Shown one piece after another: positions 57,330 to 64,000 of a stretch of 64,000 bases of DNA; within the stretch, counting starts at the first letter, position 1, and each line of letters starts with the position of its first letter. Position numbers and translations under genes: made by a program. The stretch covers positions 595,710-659,709 of the forward strand of contig JAKAGM010000001.1 of NCBI GenBank assembly GCA_021815445.1. The letters run 5' to 3'. Source of the DNA: a bacterium (GTDB lineage Bacteria; Patescibacteriota; Patescibacteriia; UBA10025). A model generated the notes under the pieces. The model saw nothing but the letters and a program-made list of their open reading frames with translations. It had not been told where the DNA came from and searched no databases.

Positions 57330-57957
57330 TGAGTGCCTGTATTACGAGTGATTGTAGTTCGCTATACTCCAGTGTACCACTTTTTTGGAAAGAATTCACA
57401 AAGAGATACGGCGTAGCATCGATTCCTCTTTCGTTGCCTTCCTGTACGCCGCGGCTGATCACCTGGGGAGAGGGGGCGGTGATGCACGCACGGAAGGCAT
57501 CGAGGTTCAGGCCAAGCGTGGTCGCAATCTGTCCGTACAGCGTATCGGAAAGGAGGCCCTGATTAGCGAAAAGCAGGTCATGATACTCCCAAAACTTTCC
57601 CTGCACTTGTGCGCACCGGGCAGCCTGGGCGGCGGACAGAGCGTTCGCATGCGCCGATTCCTGAGGATAATCCTTCCACACGATGCGGACATTTTGGGGC
57701 TGATCTGTGATAAGTCTACGGAGAATATCATCCATGGTCTTACAGTACGGGCATTGAAAGTCACTGAATTCAATGACTGTCACCGGCGCATCCGCCCGGC
57801 CGAGAACGGGATCTTCGGCTGTGACAGGCGGCGGGGTCGTTACTGCCTCGGGGGGTTTTACGGTTTTATTTTTCCCGATTAGTCGTACGCTCCAAAAAAG
57901 CAAAACAGCCACTGCGACGATGAAAAGCACGACGAGAATTCCGTAGCTCTTGCGCAT
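57313..57957 (-). CDS. DsbA-family thiol:disulfide oxidoreductase
   Basis: EFSDFQCPYC, GKFWEYHDLLF, GIDATP. Confidence 0.92.
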   Translation of the reverse strand: MRKSYGILVVLFIVAVAVLLFWSVRLIGKNKTVKPPEAVTTPPPVTAEDPVLGRADAPVTVIEFSDFQCPYCKTMDDILRRLITDQPQNVRIVWKDYPQESAHANALSAAQAARCAQVQGKFWEYHDLLFANQGLLSDTLYGQIATTLGLNLDAFRACITAPSPQVISRGVQEGNERGIDATPYLFVNSFQKSGTLEYSELQSLVIQALNASQK

Positions 57958-57977
57958 GGTTTAAAAAACTGTGTAAA

Positions 57978-59228
57978 TTATTTAAGCTGGATCCGTTCGA
58001 GACGCCCCGTGGAAACATCGGTAAAATAGATGAACTGCCCCCCGGGCGAGAGAAATACATTCCTCGCGCTGTATGAGCCGGTCCCCCGTTCGGTGACAGG
58101 AATGGCAACCGGTGTCTTTAATCCTGTGGAAAGGTCGATTTTCCAAAAAGTATCGGGAATTGAATTGGAAAGTTCGCGGTAAATGCCGCTCCCCTCGGGA
58201 AGACTATTGGGCACCGCGCAGTACAAGGAAGATCCGTCGCCTGAGAACGCACATTTATCCACCCACGTCTGGATGCTAAGCGCTTGCTTACCGGTGCCGA
58301 CGGTCTGCCCGCTGACATTCGCGATAGTGAGCGACGGATTGTAATTTGAGGAAGAGCCGTATGTCGTATAGAGCAGCCTGTCGCCTGTCGGCGACCATTT
58401 GCCGTCGAACCCCTGACCATCGACTTTAAACGATTGGAAGTTTTCCCCATTGAAGCCGATGGGCAGGACCTCCTGGCCTGTAGCGTCGGTATTCGAATGA
58501 TAGAGCGCAACGAACTGGTTATTGGGCGACCAAGCCACTTGCACGCTGTCCGCCTTGTCGCCTACGGGCTCTATCCCCTTCACTTCCGTGCCGTCGGGGT
58601 TGGAGACCGCGAGCCACTGCGTGTTCTCGTCGCCGGAGAGATATTTATACGCCACCTGGCCCCCATCGGGAGAAAAAGTTACGTCTGACCACTCTTTCGG
58701 GAGAGTAGTTTGCACTTGGGTAGTAAAGTTGTACAGTATCCTGCTCTGATCCGGGAAAGCAATGATTGCTCTGTCGCGTGTCGGCGACCACACGACGCTT
58801 TGCGCATCAGGGAATGTCTGGCTGGTGAGCTCTATTCGGGTCTTCGCGTCCCGTGAAACTTTGTAAAATTTCCCCGTTGCGGGGTCGTAATAGACGATAG
58901 TACTCCCGTCAGTCGTGCTCGCTGGTGATATGGCAGTACCGTCGGTAACAGTTTGCGTGATTGTCCGCCCGCCGCGGGCTATGGGCTCCGGGGCTTTTGT
59001 CGTGTCGACATTCGTAACACTGCCGTTGACTATAGGCAACCCATTGACCACGGTGTTGGCGGTGATACGGTTCACAAGGTTATTTGAGATCGGTAAAGTG
59101 CCGTTCGTACCGGCGTTATTGGCATTGTTCGCAGGCGTTACCATGCCTTTAAAAAATAGAAAATATATCAGAACGCCGATGCCGATGACTACCAGGACGA
59201 ATGCTACTATTAAAATTGGCCTGCGCAT
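57978..59228 (-). CDS. Membrane-anchored TolB/WD40-like beta-propeller protein
   Basis: N-terminal TM; repeated WSP/FSPDG motifs; start moved to ATG 59228. Confidence 0.85.
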   Translation of the reverse strand: MRRPILIVAFVLVVIGIGVLIYFLFFKGMVTPANNANNAGTNGTLPISNNLVNRITANTVVNGLPIVNGSVTNVDTTKAPEPIARGGRTITQTVTDGTAISPASTTDGSTIVYYDPATGKFYKVSRDAKTRIELTSQTFPDAQSVVWSPTRDRAIIAFPDQSRILYNFTTQVQTTLPKEWSDVTFSPDGGQVAYKYLSGDENTQWLAVSNPDGTEVKGIEPVGDKADSVQVAWSPNNQFVALYHSNTDATGQEVLPIGFNGENFQSFKVDGQGFDGKWSPTGDRLLYTTYGSSSNYNPSLTIANVSGQTVGTGKQALSIQTWVDKCAFSGDGSSLYCAVPNSLPEGSGIYRELSNSIPDTFWKIDLSTGLKTPVAIPVTERGTGSYSARNVFLSPGGQFIYFTDVSTGRLERIQLK

Positions 59229-59242
59229 GGAGGTAAAAAAGG

Positions 59243-60229
59243 TTAAATGCACAAATAATTTTTAAACGACCCGATCACGTTCGTATCGCCGCGTCCCAAT
59301 GCATTCTCAGTGAATATGGCATATCCGTCATCAGGGAAAATGATGCAACCCTGTTTTGCGCTTAAACACTTCGTACCTATATCCCGTAATTTCCCCCCGA
59401 CCAGAATCTTAGTAATCGTGGAAGGATCTTTGTATACTATTGTACCACATTCATAGTCGGAGTTCCCGCGATAGTTATCTGCCGCACTGTTAAATGAAAC
59501 TGGAAGATCTGCGACCGGCTTAATCGTCGCTTTTCCCCCTTCTTTTGTGCCGACGCAGATGGTTGTCTTTTCCGGTGGTAGGGCCACAGGAGTGCAATCT
59601 TCCCTGAGCTGGCCGCACGTCCATGCGGGCTGTGCTGCAAGGTCTGCCTTGCCCTGGCAGAAAATAAATCCTTCCCAGCCGGCGATTTCCTGGAGTGATT
59701 GCGGGACGGAGGGTACGCTTAAATTTTGGAAACTGACAAGCTGGGGGTTAATGGTATAGAGGATGATATACGAACCGATAGTCAAGGCAAGACCCACCAT
59801 GGCAGATACGATCGTATCTTGCGCGTCCGAAAACTTCTGCTGGTTCCCGAAGCTGAAGACATACTTATACCCTCCATACATCATCATCACTGTGGCCAGG
59901 ATTCCCGCCACTCCCGCAAAGTATTTATAAATGCCCACCATGAAACAGCCGAAATCCTTCACAACATATATCGTTTGGCCGTTCGAATCTTTGCCCGGAT
60001 AGGTCACGCCGGGTATCTGGGTGGAAATTTTGATGTACGTAGGCGACGGAGCTACAGGAGTATATGTCACCCCCTGGACGACCTGAGCCTTTGGCGGCTC
60101 GGAAAAGGGATTGCAGGCGTCCTGCTCTGATACGCTTGCGCCAAAAACGAGCAAGGGAAGGCTTAAAGCAAGAAAGGGCAGGATAACTAGCCCCCGAACT
60201 AACCAGCGTTTGCGAATACGAAATGCCAT
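59243..60229 (-). CDS. T4SS pilin-like protein with Cys-rich extension
   Basis: GVAGILATVMMMYGGYKYVFSFGNQQKFSDAQDTIVSAMVGL...INPQLV, closely paralogous to 56085..57329. Confidence 0.8.
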   Translation of the reverse strand: MAFRIRKRWLVRGLVILPFLALSLPLLVFGASVSEQDACNPFSEPPKAQVVQGVTYTPVAPSPTYIKISTQIPGVTYPGKDSNGQTIYVVKDFGCFMVGIYKYFAGVAGILATVMMMYGGYKYVFSFGNQQKFSDAQDTIVSAMVGLALTIGSYIILYTINPQLVSFQNLSVPSVPQSLQEIAGWEGFIFCQGKADLAAQPAWTCGQLREDCTPVALPPEKTTICVGTKEGGKATIKPVADLPVSFNSAADNYRGNSDYECGTIVYKDPSTITKILVGGKLRDIGTKCLSAKQGCIIFPDDGYAIFTENALGRGDTNVIGSFKNYLCI

Positions 60230-60245
60230 AGAAAGAATGAGTTAG

Positions 60246-61139
60246 CTATTTGCCCGTGATCGCGTCGACAAGTGTTTGGCCGAATATCTTGATAGCGGCG
60301 TCTACCGGGCTTGTCAGTATCCAGATCGTCAGGTAGATAATCCCCCATACCGCGATAGTCATGATAGCTATAATAAGCGTTTTTGACGAACGTACAACAA
60401 GCTCTGGCATGGTAAATGTTGGAATAAACGGCACCTTCACGCCCTGTACATTTACCGTCACAATTCTCCCGTAGAGATAAGCGCCCAGTCGGACCAAATA
60501 CACAATAATGGTAGCGGGCCCTGATATGATGTCGAAATCAACGAACGAAAGCGCAGTATCCTCGAGCGACTCGTGAACCATCCCCCAGCCTTTTCGAGAG
60601 ACCTCCAAAGCGGCCTTGGTAGCGGCGATCTTTACCGCGTCCTCGCCCCCCTCTTCTTCTTTCTGCTGCTGTAGGCGTTGATTTTGTTGGAGCTCTCTGA
60701 GCTCCGCGGCAGGATTTTCTTCTTCAGTCTCAGCTTGCTGATTCACTTCCTGCTCCTCCTGAACCTGTCGGCTCCCCGAATTCTGCTGGCTTTGGGGTGC
60801 CTCCGAGAGTCTGGACGCTTGCTGCCGCTGCCGGCTCATTTCCCTTCCTTTGACGGCTTCCTGATCGGGCGAAAGCGTTTCTTGCTGCGCTTCAGGTGAC
60901 AGTGTTTGGACGACCGGCTCCGGAGCTCGTAATCCTGCCTGGGACTGTCCGTCTCTCGCCTGCCCTGCTGCCGGACTGCCCAGCATTCCGGCCATTAATG
61001 CAGCTTTTCCGAACTTCCCGACTTTACCCGCGCCGAGGCGGGAGAGAAAGGGTTTTCGGCCTTGCTCAGCTTTACGCCGTTTATCCCGGCGCAATTCGTT
61101 GAGCGTGCGCTCCATGCTGACTTCGTCCCCATCAGGCAT
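60246..61139 (-). CDS. Hypothetical membrane protein with Gln/Glu-rich disordered N-half
   Basis: Q/E-rich region followed by two hydrophobic segments; within the T4SS-like operon. Confidence 0.75.
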   Translation of the reverse strand: MPDGDEVSMERTLNELRRDKRRKAEQGRKPFLSRLGAGKVGKFGKAALMAGMLGSPAAGQARDGQSQAGLRAPEPVVQTLSPEAQQETLSPDQEAVKGREMSRQRQQASRLSEAPQSQQNSGSRQVQEEQEVNQQAETEEENPAAELRELQQNQRLQQQKEEEGGEDAVKIAATKAALEVSRKGWGMVHESLEDTALSFVDFDIISGPATIIVYLVRLGAYLYGRIVTVNVQGVKVPFIPTFTMPELVVRSSKTLIIAIMTIAVWGIIYLTIWILTSPVDAAIKIFGQTLVDAITGK

Positions 61140-61158
61140 AGTAAATTATTTTTTCAAT

Positions 61159-61713
61159 TTACTGTTGGGTTGCTGGCGCCCACTGAGCTTGATCGACTTT
61201 CCATTCTGAACCGACTTTTTTTATTACGACGGTGATATCCTGATAATAGCTGCGCTCGGTATCGCCGGTACGCTCCACCCTCTGCGTCGCCAGGAGATAC
61301 CGGACTTGCTGGTCGGACGCTGTTTCGCTTTTTACCGTCCGGACATACGTTGTCGTCCCGTAGTACGTTTTGTCAGAAGCGGCATTTTGACGCCCCGCCG
61401 TCACCATCTGTTGCGCATATGCCTGTAACGAATCAGTCATCTGGCTGTAGAGATCCTCGACGTTTTGGAACAATGCTTCATTGGAATAGCTTCCGTACCT
61501 CTGGACAAAATTGATAACAAACGCGCGCCGGACAAGAACGTCTTTCTTCGCCGAGTCGCTTTCTGAGGGTTGCGGGGCAGAGGTATTGGTCGGCTGGTTG
61601 AGCGTGTTCGAAACGACCTGAGTGTTGACGCCCGGAGTTTTTTTAGCGCATGCCGTGAGCACGATGCTCAGTGTCACGACGGCAGCGAGGAGCATGAAAC
61701 GGCGGAATACCAT
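61159..61713 (-). CDS. Lipoprotein with VirB8/TcpC-like (NTF2-type) domain
   Basis: Lipobox LTAC; FVQRYGSYSN...ITVVIKKVGSEWKVD; position next to VirB4. The fold is inferred. Confidence 0.65.
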   Translation of the reverse strand: MVFRRFMLLAAVVTLSIVLTACAKKTPGVNTQVVSNTLNQPTNTSAPQPSESDSAKKDVLVRRAFVINFVQRYGSYSNEALFQNVEDLYSQMTDSLQAYAQQMVTAGRQNAASDKTYYGTTTYVRTVKSETASDQQVRYLLATQRVERTGDTERSYYQDITVVIKKVGSEWKVDQAQWAPATQQ

Positions 61714-61718
61714 ATGGG

Positions 61719-63653
61719 CTAAAAAGGTGTTTCTCCCGTTAAAGGGGGTTCTGCGGCCGTCGGCTCTTCCTGGCCCTGGGTGGCGAGGGATTGCTCGAAC
61801 TCCCGTTTCGCGGCCTCGATCTCGAGCAGCTGCCGCGGATCTGAAGTGATAATCTGGTCCTCCGTATACGACGCCACCACTTTGATAGCCGCATGCTTTG
61901 TCCCGGCGAAAAAGATTCCTTCGCCGACGCCGCTTTCGAGCAGGAGGTACTTTTCGCCCTGGGTGAGCAGGAATGTCTTTGCGACGATGTCTATCGATGC
62001 GGGAGACTGCTTCATGAGCAGCTGTATCGAGGAGTTCGTCACGATGGCCTGCCCGTATGGTGAAAGCAAAAAGTCGTTGACGTCCTGTGTGATTGTCGTG
62101 ATGCCGAGATAGTACTTACGGCATCGCTTGACGAGCGCGTAGATAAACTTGGCGCTGTCTTCGTGCTGCATGAGCCACCACGCCTCATCGATGACGAGCA
62201 AGCGCTTTTTCATCTCGGAACGCACGATGTTCCAAATATAGGAAATGATAGTCGAGATGCCTATAGGCCGCAATTCATCTTCGAGGTCCCTCACGGAGAA
62301 TACAACAAGCTGATTGGTAATCTCGACATTCGTCGGGGAATTGAACAGGCCCGCAAATGTTCCTTCGGTATACTTTTTGAGGCGCAAAGCCAAATCTTCC
62401 CCGCCCTTCATGCCGGCGAGTACGTCGCCAAGATCCCTCATCAGCGGAGACCGCACTTTCGAGAGATCCGCATCGGATGTAATATCATTTTTCGCATACG
62501 CTTCTATAAGCGCGCGGTCGAGAATAGAGTCTTCCTCATGTGACATCTCTCCGAGCATGAGACGGAGGAGGCCTTTGAGGGTGATGACGGCGGAACGGAT
62601 GACGTCGGCTGTCTTCTGGTCGGCCACCTGTTTCGGCAGGTCAAAAGGGTTGATTTTACTTTCTGAATTAAGCGAAATATTGATGTACGTCCCGCCCACG
62701 GCGTCAGAGAGATATTTATATTCGCGTTCGGGGTCGATGATAATGACGTCGGTGCCAAGCATCATGCTCCGCAATACTTCAAGCTTTACGGAATAACTTT
62801 TTCCCGCGCCCGATGTGGCAAAGACTACGCTGTTGGCATTCTGCAGAGAGAAACGGTCAAAAAGGATGAGACTGTTGTTGTGCCTGTTAATCCCGTACAG
62901 GATGCCGTTGTCGGAAGTAAGCTCGGAAGATATGAAAGGAAATGACGATGCACAAGGCGACGTATTCATGTTAAAGGTCACCATGAGCTGGTCATCGGCA
63001 AGCGGCAATGTGGAATTGAACCCCTGTTCGGCCTGGTAATATACCCGCTTGGAGTAGACGAGCTTTTGCCCGAAGAGCGACTCTACTTTTTCCGTTATCC
63101 TGTTGAGATTATCAAGTGAATCGGCGTAGATGGAGACATAGAGCGCGAACTGGAAAAACTTTTCCATCCCCTGGGTCAGGTCGTCGCGGAGCCTTTCTAT
63201 ATCGCGCAGGGCCGTTTCCCGGATTGGATCGCGTGGAGCGCCTTTTTCCGCGTCGGCGAGGATCTGCGCCTCTAGGGCGCCGACCTTGTTGCGGAGCTGC
63301 TTGAGAATGACCTCTGAGCCGACAGGATAAAAGAACATTGCGATGTCAAGCGGGACATTGAGGTTGATCACGGGCGCGAACCATCCGACTGATATGTATC
63401 TCGGGTAGGTGACGACAAAGACGGTTCTCACAAACATCGATCCGAGTTTGAGATGGTTTGATTCTATTTTCATAGCCGCAGGAGCGATCAGGTCGCGCAC
63501 GGAAACCACGCCAAGCCGGTATACGCGCTCGGATTCGAGGGTAAATTTCTTTTCCTCGAGCTCCTGCTGTTTGAGCCGCACGAGCTCCTGCTGGGTCAGC
63601 TGCGGCGCTTCCTCAGTGGGGACGGTGCGAATTTTTTTCGAAAGATTGACCAT
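61719..63653 (-). CDS. virB4: VirB4/TraE-like T4SS ATPase
   Basis: ATSGAGKS Walker A, IIDPEREY, LVIDEAW, RKY..G...ITQ. Confidence 0.9.
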   Translation of the reverse strand: MVNLSKKIRTVPTEEAPQLTQQELVRLKQQELEEKKFTLESERVYRLGVVSVRDLIAPAAMKIESNHLKLGSMFVRTVFVVTYPRYISVGWFAPVINLNVPLDIAMFFYPVGSEVILKQLRNKVGALEAQILADAEKGAPRDPIRETALRDIERLRDDLTQGMEKFFQFALYVSIYADSLDNLNRITEKVESLFGQKLVYSKRVYYQAEQGFNSTLPLADDQLMVTFNMNTSPCASSFPFISSELTSDNGILYGINRHNNSLILFDRFSLQNANSVVFATSGAGKSYSVKLEVLRSMMLGTDVIIIDPEREYKYLSDAVGGTYINISLNSESKINPFDLPKQVADQKTADVIRSAVITLKGLLRLMLGEMSHEEDSILDRALIEAYAKNDITSDADLSKVRSPLMRDLGDVLAGMKGGEDLALRLKKYTEGTFAGLFNSPTNVEITNQLVVFSVRDLEDELRPIGISTIISYIWNIVRSEMKKRLLVIDEAWWLMQHEDSAKFIYALVKRCRKYYLGITTITQDVNDFLLSPYGQAIVTNSSIQLLMKQSPASIDIVAKTFLLTQGEKYLLLESGVGEGIFFAGTKHAAIKVVASYTEDQIITSDPRQLLEIEAAKREFEQSLATQGQEEPTAAEPPLTGETPF

Positions 63654-63655
63654 AG

Positions 63656-64000
63656 TTATCCTTCAATGCGTAATTTTCCAACATCGGTGAGCTCCTGCTG
63701 GGTCGCAGTCTCGGGATTGTACGTCTGGTAATACAGCTCGATGAGGCTCTGAGTATCAAGCGGCACCGATTTAATGCCGATCGATGACAGGCCGTCTATG
63801 ACATACTCCGTCCTTTTTTGAAGCTCCTCTTTGAATTCTTCGAACTTCTTTTGCTTGATATGGATGACTGACGTCGGTGAAAGCACATCTCGCACGCGCG
63901 TGAAGAATCCCTGTGTCGTCATCTTTTTCGGCGAATAGGGAACGACGACATAGAATCTCTTGCTCATAATTTCGGAAAGCTCGACGAGCTCCGTAATGTA
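63656..64000 (-). CDS. T4SS-associated protein (VirB4 N-terminal/TraC-like), partial, 5' end outside the window
   Basis: Frame is open to the window end (YITELVELSEIMSKRFYVVVPY...LIELYYQTYNP); directly upstream of virB4. Confidence 0.75.
   Translation of the reverse strand, partial: YITELVELSEIMSKRFYVVVPYSPKKMTTQGFFTRVRDVLSPTSVIHIKQKKFEEFKEELQKRTEYVIDGLSSIGIKSVPLDTQSLIELYYQTYNPETATQQELTDVGKLRIEG

Noticed and set aside
56085-64000. Integrative conjugative element or prophage
   Set aside because: No integrase, relaxase or phage structural genes are in view, and the composition resembles the flanking core genes.

Overview
This window looks like chromosomal DNA of a Patescibacteria (CPR, Parcubacteria-like) bacterium; that assignment is inferred from gene content, not from a marker gene. 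It has five main parts. (1) tRNA-Pro, then an accessory region of small single genes that carry their own promoters and are separated by a recurring ~70-120 bp repeat. (2) Housekeeping genes ndk, gatC/gatA and ligA. (3) A ~30 kb minus-strand type IV pilus locus: minor pilins, pilD, an O-oligosaccharyltransferase-like gene, the major pilin, pilC, a degenerate pilT, pilB and pilO/N/M, with no secretin. It ends in four large Cys-rich surface proteins. (4) lemA/htpX, clpC, comF, two tRNA-Ser, an AT-richer islet (ADP-ribosyltransferase-like gene plus a Nudix gene), tRNA-Arg(GCG) and recG. (5) The distal end of a CPR-type T4SS-like operon: VirB4-like ATPase, VirB8-like lipoprotein, pilin-like proteins (one fused to a lytic transglycosylase) and DsbA. 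The most unusual signals are non-coding: a structured element family attached to duplicated tRNA 3' fragments, the repeat-delimited cassette array, boxA-like and SD-sequestering leaders on orphan genes, a promoter-driven structured RNA candidate, and a 61-62 bp dyad element bracketing the pilus core.
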